DNA from: an uncultured Alphaproteobacteria bacterium
Lineage (GTDB): Bacteria > Pseudomonadota > Alphaproteobacteria > HIMB59 > GCA-002718135
NCBI GenBank assembly: GCA_902602695.1
Contig: CACKRO010000001.1
Coordinates: forward strand, 30,672 to 94,671
Reading direction: 5' to 3'
DNA: 64,000 bases
The translations under genes were made by a program, and so were the position numbers. Shown piece by piece: positions 32,809 through 42,340 of the stretch. The stretch's first letter is position 1. Every line of letters starts with the position of its first letter. The notes below the pieces were generated by a model. That model saw nothing but the letters and a program-made list of their open reading frames with translations, did no database searches and was not told the origin of the DNA.

Positions 32809-33414
32809 ATGCAATCAAATCAAAAATTAATAAATTCTGATAAAAAACCAATTGAACTTTTTCAAGAATGGTTTGAAGAGGCAAAGAAAAGTGAAATCAA
32901 TGATCCAAATGCTATGAACCTTGCTACTATATCTGCAAACGGCAAACCCAGCTCACGAATTGTTTTACTTAAATCATATGATGATAAAGGTTTTGTTTTT
33001 TACACAAACTCAAATAGTAAAAAAGGTAGAGCAATTCAAGACAACGATAATGTAGCTTTAAACTTTCATTGGAAAACACTTCAAAGACAAATAAGAATAG
33101 AAGGTAATGTTTCACAAATTTCTAACGCTGAAGCTGATGAATATTATAATTCAAGACCACTAGGAAGTAGAATAGGAGCTTGGGCTTCATTACAGTCAGA
33201 AGAACTAGATGATAGATTGACATTAACTAAAAGAGTAGAAGAATTTGAAAAAAAATTTTCAAATAATGATGTTCCAAGACCTTCACATTGGAATGGTTAC
33301 TTAGTAACGCCTGTATTAATTGAATTTTGGCAAGATATGCCATTTAGATTGCATGACAGACTTGAATTCCGTATGGAAAATGATGGCTGGGTTACTAGAA
33401 AATTATATCCTTAG
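32809..33414 (+). CDS. pdxH: pyridoxamine 5'-phosphate oxidase
   Basis: RIVLLK, FYTN, RQIRIEG, EFWQ..RLHDR. Confidence 0.95.
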   Translation: MQSNQKLINSDKKPIELFQEWFEEAKKSEINDPNAMNLATISANGKPSSRIVLLKSYDDKGFVFYTNSNSKKGRAIQDNDNVALNFHWKTLQRQIRIEGNVSQISNAEADEYYNSRPLGSRIGAWASLQSEELDDRLTLTKRVEEFEKKFSNNDVPRPSHWNGYLVTPVLIEFWQDMPFRLHDRLEFRMENDGWVTRKLYP

Positions 33415-33845
33415 TTATCTTCTTTCCATTTTTGTAAAATCCATGAACTAGAGTTTGATTTATTGTCACCGCCTATACCCCAAAGCAACTCTATGTTATT
33501 TTTTTCACAGAATATAGATTCTGGTGTTGTACTATTATTTCTATCACCACCATTTGCAAATTTAATAATTGTTTCTGGATATTTATTTTTTACTTTATTT
33601 AGCCCATCGATGCATGTTTTATCATGATCATCAAATTCTATAACATCAATAACATTCTTTAATTCATTCATTATTATACTTCTTTCTATAAAAGGTAGAA
33701 ATTCCTTACCCTTCTTTTTTTGAAGCCATAAATCAGAGTTTAATAAAACTACAACTTCACCATGTTTGGCAGCATCTTTAATTAATTTAATATGACCACT
33801 ATGAATTGGATCAAAACCTCCACTGACGACAACTATTTCACGCAT
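33411..33845 (-). CDS. cytidylyltransferase-family (HxGH) nucleotidyltransferase
   Basis: SGGFDPIHSGH, FANGGDR, KSNSSS. Confidence 0.8.
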   Translation of the reverse strand: MREIVVVSGGFDPIHSGHIKLIKDAAKHGEVVVLLNSDLWLQKKKGKEFLPFIERSIIMNELKNVIDVIEFDDHDKTCIDGLNKVKNKYPETIIKFANGGDRNNSTTPESIFCEKNNIELLWGIGGDNKSNSSSWILQKWKEDN

Positions 33846-34473
33846 ACTTGTTTCTCCATTTTTCTGGGTCTTTTAAAAATTCTTTTAAGTTTGAAATCTC
33901 ACCCTCGGAATATATTTTTTCACTTTCAATATAATTTATTACGTCTTTCCAAGTACACAGTGAGTGCATATTTACATTCAATTCATATAATTTTGATTCT
34001 TTAAAATTAAAAATATCATAATAAAATATTACGAATATATCTTTAACTTTTAATCCAGCTTCACGCATTGCATTGATAAAAATTATTTTGCTACCTCCAT
34101 CAGTAGCAAGATCTTCAACTAAAATAGCTTTTTGATTATTTTCAAATTCACCCTCAATTTGTTTATTTTTTCCAAAACCTTTTGTTTTTTTTCTTATATA
34201 AACCATTTGCTTATCTAATTTTTGAGAAATAAAAGCTGCATAGGGAATCCCAGCAGTCTCTCCACCAGCAATAATTTCTACCTCGATATTATTTTTAGTT
34301 AAATAATCTATGGCTTTATCAATTATAAAATTTCTTTCTTTTGTAAAAGAAATAATTTTTCTACAATCAACATAAACAGGACTAGATAAACCCGATGTAA
34401 GAGTAAAATGCTTATTAAATGAAAAATTAATAGACTTTATATCTACTAATATTTTGGCTATCTCTTTTGACAT
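33838..34473 (-). CDS. pyrE: orotate phosphoribosyltransferase
   Basis: SPVYVDCR, GGETAGIP, LVEDLATDGGSK. Confidence 0.9.
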   Translation of the reverse strand: MSKEIAKILVDIKSINFSFNKHFTLTSGLSSPVYVDCRKIISFTKERNFIIDKAIDYLTKNNIEVEIIAGGETAGIPYAAFISQKLDKQMVYIRKKTKGFGKNKQIEGEFENNQKAILVEDLATDGGSKIIFINAMREAGLKVKDIFVIFYYDIFNFKESKLYELNVNMHSLCTWKDVINYIESEKIYSEGEISNLKEFLKDPEKWRNKYA

Positions 34474-34477
34474 TTGT

Positions 34478-34951
34478 TTAAGTTATTTGCGCGATGTGTT
34501 CAAAAGATAAATTTCCAGGCACAATCATTATTGGTATTCTCAGGGTTGTTATTTCATTACTCACTAGAGAAGTAATTATTGGACCAGGATTTTTACTATT
34601 TGGATCAGTATTGGCAGCTAAAACAAGAACATTAATATTTTTTTCCTCATCTAATAATTGTTTTAATTCAGATATAGTATCTCCTTCTCTTAAAGAGAGA
34701 GCAGGATAGTCACCTGTTCTTTCTTGGACAAATGAGGCAGCCTTTTTAAGAATTGTTTCTGCTTCTTCTCTAGCTTCCTCTTTCATAATGTCTGTAACAC
34801 CCTTGGTTGTTAGAACATCCAAAGGCTCTATGAATGTTGCAATTATAATTTTTCTTCCCGTTTTTTTTGATCTTGCGCAAGCATATTCAAGAGCTGTATT
34901 CATTTCTTCTGAATTATCTGCAACAACTAGAATATATCTATCATCACTCAT
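34478..34951 (-). CDS. universal stress protein
   Basis: ILVVAD, REGD, LVLAA, PGP, IPIMIVPG; follows TIGR02186 gene. Confidence 0.85.
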   Translation of the reverse strand: MSDDRYILVVADNSEEMNTALEYACARSKKTGRKIIIATFIEPLDVLTTKGVTDIMKEEAREEAETILKKAASFVQERTGDYPALSLREGDTISELKQLLDEEKNINVLVLAANTDPNSKNPGPIITSLVSNEITTLRIPIMIVPGNLSFEHIAQIT

Positions 34952-35712
34952 TTATTTCTCCTAAATAAAGCAGCAGCAATAAAACCTGAAAATATTGAAA
35001 AGATAATTACAAAAACTCCGTATGTTGCTGCATTTTCATTAGCAAAGTCAAATATTTGACTTCCTATACCAGTTTTTTTTATAACTATATTTTTTTGATC
35101 AGTACTCATAATTGTATTATTTCTTATATAGTAAATATCAACATTATAAATCCCTGGTATTGTATTTGTTGGAAAAAAAACGCTAGTTTGGAATAATTTA
35201 TCTTTAACCTTTTTCATTTCAAAACTTTTATAAAATGATTGTTCTTTTTTTATTCTAACAAAATTTTCATTCCAATTTTTTTGGTCATTTTTGAAAATAA
35301 AATTTTGATTAAAAGTTTTATTATTTAAAATTTTTTCAAAACTTAGATCCTCATTAATTAATATCGATTCAGGCAAGATTTTGTTAATTTCTTTTGATGA
35401 GGATAAAAAGAATAAAGATGGAATGTTACTATAAGTAACGTACTGATTATTTATCCATATTCCAAAATACCTTTCTTTTTTTTGTATTCTCATTTTTGAC
35501 GGTGGACCTTTTATTGTCAAAAGTGTCTCATGATCATTTTTTAGTAATCCAAAAATAATAATTTCTTTTCCATTAAAATCTGTTTTTAGTTCAATACTAT
35601 CCTCAGATAAGTCAAAGTAAATTTCTTCAGCATGAAGAAAGTTATAAAAAAAAATTATAGTCAATAAAATTATTAGATTAAAAGCAAACTTTATATATAA
35701 ATTTTTAATCAT
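34948..35712 (-). CDS. TIGR02186 family membrane protein
   Basis: F.G.EIIIFG, KKERYFGIWIN, LFQT.V.FP, C-terminal TM. Confidence 0.8.
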   Translation of the reverse strand: MIKNLYIKFAFNLIILLTIIFFYNFLHAEEIYFDLSEDSIELKTDFNGKEIIIFGLLKNDHETLLTIKGPPSKMRIQKKERYFGIWINNQYVTYSNIPSLFFLSSSKEINKILPESILINEDLSFEKILNNKTFNQNFIFKNDQKNWNENFVRIKKEQSFYKSFEMKKVKDKLFQTSVFFPTNTIPGIYNVDIYYIRNNTIMSTDQKNIVIKKTGIGSQIFDFANENAATYGVFVIIFSIFSGFIAAALFRRNK

Positions 35713-36112
35713 CTATTTTTGTCACTTCTAAAATATAAAATTCTAAATAAAATCCAATTAATGCAAAAAATGATACTAATAAAAAAGATACTTTCTCAAT
35801 CAATATATTAATCACTAATATATCTTTTTGCAAAAGCATATAAATTGGAATTACAGTAGATAAAATAATAATACTTAGTTTTGCAAATGAATCATTAAAT
35901 AATATGTCTTTAAATATTTTATTAAGATTTTTTTTAATAAATACTCTGAAATTTGACCAAATATATATTTTATTAAATGAATTTATAACAATTAGTACAA
36001 TTAAAAAATATTCAATATTCTTTAGATTAAAATCAATAGTTGTAAAAATAAAATATATGAAGAGACAAACTACGATCAATAAATTAATTGAAAAATTAAA
36101 TAATGATATCAT
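35705..36112 (-). CDS. hypothetical multi-TM membrane protein
   Basis: 135 aa, about 4 hydrophobic segments; overlaps both neighbours. Confidence 0.55.
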   Translation of the reverse strand: MISLFNFSINLLIVVCLFIYFIFTTIDFNLKNIEYFLIVLIVINSFNKIYIWSNFRVFIKKNLNKIFKDILFNDSFAKLSIIILSTVIPIYMLLQKDILVINILIEKVSFLLVSFFALIGFYLEFYILEVTKIDD

Positions 36113-37023
36113 ATCATTACCAATGAAAATAAATCATTTGGCCTTAAAACTAGATCTGTAAAAATTTTACCACAGACACTCAGTACTAATATAGCCAAAA
36201 TACCTCTCAAATATTCTGCTTTTAATTTAGATCCAAAAATTACACCAATTTGTGCACCAATTACTCCTCCAAATATCATAAGTGCAGACAGCACAATATC
36301 TACATTATAATTTATGTAGGATTGAAAGAATGTTGCATTAGCGGTAACAAAAATAATTTGAAATAAAGATGTCCCAACTACTATACTTGTTGGCATTCCA
36401 AGTATGTATACCATTGCAGGTATCATTATAAATCCTCCTCCAACTCCCATCATTGCGGACATTACTCCAACTGCGAACCCTATCAGTACAGGCGGTATCG
36501 CACTTATATAAAGTTTTGATCTATGAAAACGAACTCTGAATGGAAGTCCGTGAAACCAAGAATGTTGATGCAGTTTTGTTCTTTTAGTGTTTCTTGCTCT
36601 ATACTGTTTTATTGTTGTTCTTGCGCTTTCAAACGCCATACTAAAACCAATAAAACCTAAAAAGAAAAGAAATAATAACTGAATAACTAAATCTATTTGC
36701 CCAAAGTTTTTTAGATAACTGAAAATATTTACACCAACTGTGGACCCAATTAAACCTCCTATTAAAAGGAATATACCCATCTTTATATCAACATTTTTTT
36801 TTCTCCAGTGAGCAATAAAACCTGAAACTGAAGTTGCTAAAACATGCGGAGCTTCAGAACCAACAGCTACAACTGGAGGTATGCCTAAAAAAATTAATAG
36901 TGGTGTCATTAAAAATCCACCGCCAACACCAAAAATTCCTGAAAGTATTCCTATACTCATACCAATAAAGATAATGAGAAAAATATTGACGTTCATTTCA
37001 GCTATAGGAAGGTAAATTGACAT
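36109..37023 (-). CDS. sulfite exporter TauE/SafE family protein
   Basis: MSIYLPIAE, SGIFGVGGGFLMTP, GVGGGFIMIP, VVGTSL. Confidence 0.88.
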   Translation of the reverse strand: MSIYLPIAEMNVNIFLIIFIGMSIGILSGIFGVGGGFLMTPLLIFLGIPPVVAVGSEAPHVLATSVSGFIAHWRKKNVDIKMGIFLLIGGLIGSTVGVNIFSYLKNFGQIDLVIQLLFLFFLGFIGFSMAFESARTTIKQYRARNTKRTKLHQHSWFHGLPFRVRFHRSKLYISAIPPVLIGFAVGVMSAMMGVGGGFIMIPAMVYILGMPTSIVVGTSLFQIIFVTANATFFQSYINYNVDIVLSALMIFGGVIGAQIGVIFGSKLKAEYLRGILAILVLSVCGKIFTDLVLRPNDLFSLVMI

Positions 37024-37086
37024 GTTTTTTTATGAATTTTATATAATTATTACTTAATAAGTACAAATTATATTTATTTTAGAAAA

Positions 37087-38181
37087 TTATATAAAATTAT
37101 TTAGTGCTATGATTCCGATATAACTTACAATTCCAACACAACAAGCTGCAGAAAAACCAACATAAAATGGTCTTATGCCTAAGCTTTTTATAGAGACTAA
37201 ATTAGTACTTATGCCAACAGCTGCCATTGCTATTGCTAAAGAATACTCAGCGATAGATTTAATAATATTGATGATTAATTGCCAGTTATTATTAGTTAAT
37301 ATTTCAAAAGCTAAATTACTATTTTGAATTCCATAATCTCCAATTGATCTTATAAGACCCATAAGAATAAAACCAATTATGAAAATTGGAAACATAGATA
37401 TTAATGATGGTTTGCTATTATTTTCATCAATATTATTTTTTAGATACATATAGCTTATTGTAGGAATAACGATTATCATACTGACATTTCTTACTAATTT
37501 TGTAATCGTTGCTATATCCATAGTTTTTGGTGAATCGAATTGTTCTGCATATATCAATCCAGCACCAGCAACTTGAGCTGTTTCATGTATTGAAGTTCCA
37601 AGAAATAATCCTGATGCTAACTCATCTCCACTGAAAAGATAATATGCAATAAATGGATAGAGGAACATTGCAATTATTCCAAATATTGTAATATTTGCTA
37701 TGGCATAAGCAACTTCCTCTTTATCAGCATTTATTGCAGGACTAGTTGCTACAATTGCGGATGCTCCACAAATACTTGTTCCAACTGCAATTAATGACCC
37801 CATTTTTGAAGAAACATTTAATAACTTGCATAAATAATTTACAACCAAGATTGATATAATAATACAAGCAACAATTAGAGGTATTCCAACTATTCCAACT
37901 TTAAAAATATCTAAAAGTCCTAGTCTAATACCAAGACATATTATTCCTAATCTTAAAATAAATTTTAAAGAAAATTTAATTCCTTCTAATAAAAAATTAT
38001 TAATATGAAATATATTTCCTATCAAAAGACCAAATATTATTGATAGCATTATTGGTGATATTGGACTTTTTTTTAAATTTAAAATTTCTTTTCCGATAAA
38101 ATCACTTAGGTATATGCCTGAATAAGCAATTACAAAACAAAAGATAATTCCTGGGAATATTTTATATATTGAACTTACCAT
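37087..38181 (-). CDS. YeiH/PSE family putative sulfate/sulfur-compound transporter
   Basis: GTSICGASAI, GTSIHETAQV, KLVRN, AMAAVG. Confidence 0.85.
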   Translation of the reverse strand: MVSSIYKIFPGIIFCFVIAYSGIYLSDFIGKEILNLKKSPISPIMLSIIFGLLIGNIFHINNFLLEGIKFSLKFILRLGIICLGIRLGLLDIFKVGIVGIPLIVACIIISILVVNYLCKLLNVSSKMGSLIAVGTSICGASAIVATSPAINADKEEVAYAIANITIFGIIAMFLYPFIAYYLFSGDELASGLFLGTSIHETAQVAGAGLIYAEQFDSPKTMDIATITKLVRNVSMIIVIPTISYMYLKNNIDENNSKPSLISMFPIFIIGFILMGLIRSIGDYGIQNSNLAFEILTNNNWQLIINIIKSIAEYSLAIAMAAVGISTNLVSIKSLGIRPFYVGFSAACCVGIVSYIGIIALNNFI

Positions 38182-38232
38182 TTAAAATATTCTTTATACA
38201 AAAAAAATATTTTTTACATATTTATATTAAAC

Positions 38233-38835
38233 TTAAATATTTTTAGCAGTATTCCATTCTTCTTGAGTATTAACATTGAAAAAATTCTTTTCCTGGCTTT
38301 TGTCAAATTCAACAAATTTATATTTGTGTTTTTTAACCCAAAACATAATTTTACTATTTTTTAATTTTAACTCATTTTCTAAACTAGTTATTAACGATAT
38401 ATGCCACATTGCTATTACAGGATGATGTCTACTATTTGATCTTGCAATCAATATATTTATATTTTCATCATATGCTTCTAAAAACTTATCTAAAAGATTA
38501 TCGGGTAAAAATGGGGTATCACTTGGAACGGTAAAAACCCATTCTTTGTTTGTGTAATTTTCTTTAGCCCACAACATAGATGTGTGAATCCCTGCTAAGG
38601 GTCCCACAAAACCTTTGAATTTATCTTCAATTATTGGGTAATTAATTTTCTTAAAATTTCTTAAGTCATTAGCATTTATTATTATTTCATTATTATATTT
38701 TTTAAGCTTGTTTATTATTTTGTCTAAGATTGTAATTCCATTTATTTTAGCAAAAGTTTTAAATCCACCTCCAAATCTTTTTGACTGACCTCCAGCAAGT
38801 ATGGCAAACAAAATTTTTTTCTTATTTATGGTCAA
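38233..38835 (-). CDS. mobA: molybdenum cofactor guanylyltransferase
   Basis: ILAGGQSKRFGG, GPLAGI, PSDTPF, FFNVNT. Confidence 0.9.
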   Translation of the reverse strand: MTINKKKILFAILAGGQSKRFGGGFKTFAKINGITILDKIINKLKKYNNEIIINANDLRNFKKINYPIIEDKFKGFVGPLAGIHTSMLWAKENYTNKEWVFTVPSDTPFLPDNLLDKFLEAYDENINILIARSNSRHHPVIAMWHISLITSLENELKLKNSKIMFWVKKHKYKFVEFDKSQEKNFFNVNTQEEWNTAKNI

Positions 38836-39640
38836 TTCTATGTTCTCCAGATAGTGCTAAATATTTTTTTCCTTTTGCTCGTCCAATAAGTGTTAAATTT
38901 GAGCCTCTCGCCAGCTCTACACCCCATGCTGTAAATCCTGATCTAGAAATTAATATTGGAATACCCATTTTTATAGTTTTAATAATCATTTCACTAGTTA
39001 GTCTTCCTGTGGTGTAAAAAATTTTATTTGAAGAGCTAATTTTTTTTAAAAACATAAAACCAGCAATTTTATCTACAGCATTATGTCTCCCTACGTCTTC
39101 CATATAAATCAAAGGTTTATTATTATGAATAATGGCACAACCATGAATTGCTCCTGTTTCTAAATATAAGCTCGGTGTTAATGTAATTTTTTTTGAAATT
39201 TCATAAATCCATTTATGCTTAATCTTCTTTTTGGATTTTAACTTTGATTTTTTTATTTCTTCATAAATATCTCCAAATACCGTACCTATTGCACAACCAC
39301 TAGTTGTTATTTTCTTTCTTAATTTATTTTCATAATTTGTTTTACGTTTTGTTCGTACAACAACCACACCTAAATCTTTATCAATTTCAACTTTAGAAAT
39401 TATGTCATTTTTCTTAAGCATATTTTGATTTAATAAATACCCAACTGCAAGATATTTTGGATGATCACTAATAGACATTAGCGTTACTATCTCTTGATTA
39501 TTTAGAAAAATAGTAAGTGCTTTTTCATTAATAACTTTAGAAATTATTTTATTCCCTTTCTCATCAAAACCATTTAGTTTTGTAATTAAGGACTTATTAT
39601 TAATATCAGGTGAGACTAAATATTTCTCTTTTTTTGCCAT
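38822..39640 (-). CDS. fdhD: formate dehydrogenase accessory sulfurtransferase
   Basis: TSGCAIG, GAIHGC, EDVGRHNAVDK, TGRLTSEM. Confidence 0.92.
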   Translation of the reverse strand: MAKKEKYLVSPDINNKSLITKLNGFDEKGNKIISKVINEKALTIFLNNQEIVTLMSISDHPKYLAVGYLLNQNMLKKNDIISKVEIDKDLGVVVVRTKRKTNYENKLRKKITTSGCAIGTVFGDIYEEIKKSKLKSKKKIKHKWIYEISKKITLTPSLYLETGAIHGCAIIHNNKPLIYMEDVGRHNAVDKIAGFMFLKKISSSNKIFYTTGRLTSEMIIKTIKMGIPILISRSGFTAWGVELARGSNLTLIGRAKGKKYLALSGEHRIDHK

Positions 39641-39666
39641 ATGTTGTAATTAAACTAATAATTTAA

Positions 39667-40359
39667 ATGAACATATTAGAAATTTTCATAAATTCCATAC
39701 TATTAATTATTACTTTAGATAATGAACTATGGGACATTATACTTTTATCATTATTTGTAAGTTTTACCGCCCTAATTATTGCATCATTATTAGGATTTAT
39801 AGTAGGGTATTATTTTGCAATTTATAATTTTTATTTCAAAAAAATTATTTTAATATTTATAAATTCATTGATGGGAATTCCTCCAGTTGTAGTTGGTTTA
39901 ATTGTTTATTTTATTTTTGCATCAGGTGGACCTTTAGGTATCTTACAGCTTCTATACACACCTTCTGCGATGATTATTGCTCAAACTATAATAATTTTTC
40001 CAATAATTGCTTCATTATCTCATGAGATATTTTCTAAAAATTGGTTTGAATTTAAAGATCAGATAAGATCCTTAAATATTCCTTTTTGGGGTTCTGTAAA
40101 ACTTTTATTTAATCATAGTTATTTTTTACTAATAACAACATTATTATCTGCTTTTGGAAGAGCAATTTCAGAAGTTGGTGCAGTTATGATTGTGGGTGGT
40201 AATATTGATCATTATACACGAGTAATGACCACTGCTATATCGTTAGAAACTAGAATGGGAAATTTAGAATACGCTATGGCATTAGGTTTAGTTTTAATAT
40301 CAATTACAATAATTATTTACTCTCTTGTGTATTTATTAAATAATAGATCTATTAAATGA
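39667..40359 (+). CDS. tupB: tungstate ABC transporter permease (TupB-like)
   Basis: MGIPPVVVGL, GPLG, FGRAISEVGAVMIVGGNI..TRVMTTAI. Confidence 0.8.
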   Translation: MNILEIFINSILLIITLDNELWDIILLSLFVSFTALIIASLLGFIVGYYFAIYNFYFKKIILIFINSLMGIPPVVVGLIVYFIFASGGPLGILQLLYTPSAMIIAQTIIIFPIIASLSHEIFSKNWFEFKDQIRSLNIPFWGSVKLLFNHSYFLLITTLLSAFGRAISEVGAVMIVGGNIDHYTRVMTTAISLETRMGNLEYAMALGLVLISITIIIYSLVYLLNNRSIK

Positions 40360-40838
40360 AAATAGTAGGAATTGTTGGCTGGAAGGATTCAGGGAAAACG
40401 ACTATTGCAACTAAAATTATAAATAAACTTAGCTCTAAAAATTTTCGTGTTGCTTCAATTAAACATGCACATCACGAATTTGATATAGATCATGAGAATA
40501 CAGATAGCTTTAAGCATAGATTAGCAGGATCTTCTCAAGTAATAGTTAGTTCATCGAAGCGATGGGTTAAAATATCAGAGCTAAACAATTCAAAAGAAAA
40601 AACATTAGATGAGTTAATTAATCAACTTTCAGAAATTGATATTGTAATAGTGGAAGGGTTTAAAAATGAAAATCACTCAAAAATTGAAATAATTAAAAAT
40701 GATAATAATAATTACTTATTCAGCAAAATTAAAAATATAAAAGCTATTATTACAAATAATAAACTTGAAACTAACTTGAAAATTTTTAAGAACGACGAAA
40801 TTGATAATATAGTCGATTTTATTTTGAGAGAATTTTAA
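40356..40838 (+). CDS. mobB: molybdopterin-guanine dinucleotide biosynthesis protein B
   Basis: GWKDSGKTT, KHAHH.FDID, VEGFK. Confidence 0.92.
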   Translation: MKIVGIVGWKDSGKTTIATKIINKLSSKNFRVASIKHAHHEFDIDHENTDSFKHRLAGSSQVIVSSSKRWVKISELNNSKEKTLDELINQLSEIDIVIVEGFKNENHSKIEIIKNDNNNYLFSKIKNIKAIITNNKLETNLKIFKNDEIDNIVDFILREF

Positions 40839-42052
40839 TGAATAAATCACCTCTAACAAAAAAACAAATTATTAATTTATTTAAAAAACAAAAGATTGTA
40901 ATTTTTAATTCTGAAAAAATTAATTTAGAAAATTCAGAGTATAGATTTCTTTATGAAAATATAAAAAGTAAAATTAATTTACCTCCTTTTAATAATTCTG
41001 CTGTAGACGGTTATGCTATTTTAAAAGCAGATTTAAAAACAAAAAAAGTTTTTTTTTGTAACAGACGAATAGCTGCTGGTGATAAAAAAAATATAAAAGT
41101 AAAACCTGGTGAAGCAGTTAGAATTTTTACTGGTGCAAAAATGCCTTCGAATTCTTCAACTATAGTTATGCAGGAAAATACATACAAGAAAGGAAATAAA
41201 ATTCATTTAATTAAAATTCCAAAATTTGGAGATAATTATAGATTAAAGGGTGAAGATATAAAAAAAAACCAAAAAATTTTGGAAAAGGGGTCCAAATTAA
41301 ATCAGCAAAATATAAATTTAATTGCTGCTACTGGTATTAGAAAAATAAAAGTATTTAAAAAAATTAAAATTGGTTTCTTTACGAGTGGAAATGAATTACG
41401 AAAACCAACTAAAAATTTAAAAAACTCTGAAATTAATAATTCAAATTATTATAGTTTAAATAATTTACTTGATAAGAATTTTATAGAAAAAAAATATTGT
41501 GGAAATCTCAAAGATAATTTTAAATCTATTAAAAACGAAATTTTTAATACTTCAAAAAAATTTAATGTAATAATAACAGCTGGGGGTGCATCTGTTGGTG
41601 ATGAAGATCATTTAATTAAAGTTTTGTCTGAATTAGGTAGGGTATATTTTTGGAGAGCAGCAATAAAACCAGGGAGACCAATTGCAGTTGGAAAAATAAA
41701 TAAGTGCTTCATAATTTGCTTACCAGGTAATCCAGTTTCTGTTCAATTACTATATGCAATGTTAGTAAAGCCATTTATAGAAAAACTATCTGGTGGAAAT
41801 TTTAAGCTCCCATCTTCAAGTAAAATTACAGCAAATTTTTCTATGAAGAAAAAAACAAAAAGAATGGAGTGGTTACGCGTAAATAAAGAAACTATAAATA
41901 ATAAAAATATTGCAAATAAATTTCCTAAACAAGGTTCTGGTATGATTAGTTCTATATCCTATTCAGATGGTATAATTGAAATTGATGAAAATGTTTCTCA
42001 AGTAAACAAAGGAGATATTTTTGATTTTTATAATTATGAAAGTTTATTTTAA
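40838..42052 (+). CDS. moeA: molybdopterin molybdotransferase
   Basis: PPFNNSAVDGYA, IFTGA, SGNEL, GGASVG, KPGRP, LPGNP. Confidence 0.92.
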   Translation: MNKSPLTKKQIINLFKKQKIVIFNSEKINLENSEYRFLYENIKSKINLPPFNNSAVDGYAILKADLKTKKVFFCNRRIAAGDKKNIKVKPGEAVRIFTGAKMPSNSSTIVMQENTYKKGNKIHLIKIPKFGDNYRLKGEDIKKNQKILEKGSKLNQQNINLIAATGIRKIKVFKKIKIGFFTSGNELRKPTKNLKNSEINNSNYYSLNNLLDKNFIEKKYCGNLKDNFKSIKNEIFNTSKKFNVIITAGGASVGDEDHLIKVLSELGRVYFWRAAIKPGRPIAVGKINKCFIICLPGNPVSVQLLYAMLVKPFIEKLSGGNFKLPSSSKITANFSMKKKTKRMEWLRVNKETINNKNIANKFPKQGSGMISSISYSDGIIEIDENVSQVNKGDIFDFYNYESLF

Positions 42053-42300
42053 TTTTTAATTTTAAATCTATAACGAATTACAATTTTATCTTTAATTTTT
42101 TCACAACTTAAATATTCATAGTTGGACTGATCACAATAATGTTCAAAGTCTGCTTCAGCCAAAGGATCAGTTGCAATAATTTTAATAATTGTATCTTTGT
42201 TTAATTCTGAAGCAAGTTTCCTAGCCTTAAGCACTGGTATAGGACATTCTGTACCACTAGTATCAAGAACTAATTCTTCATTTTCAACTGAATCTTTCAT
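42049..42300 (-). CDS. tusA: TusA family sulfurtransferase
   Basis: LDTSGTECPIPVLK, ATDP. Confidence 0.85.
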   Translation of the reverse strand: MKDSVENEELVLDTSGTECPIPVLKARKLASELNKDTIIKIIATDPLAEADFEHYCDQSNYEYLSCEKIKDKIVIRYRFKIKN

Positions 42301-42340
42301 AGTTTTCTGATAGTTAATATATAGTATAATATCAATTGGA

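Noticed and set aside
32741-32884. N-terminal extension of the fabI ORF overlapping pdxH
   Set aside because: Low-complexity AT-rich translation; homology starts at MLMQNKK (32740).
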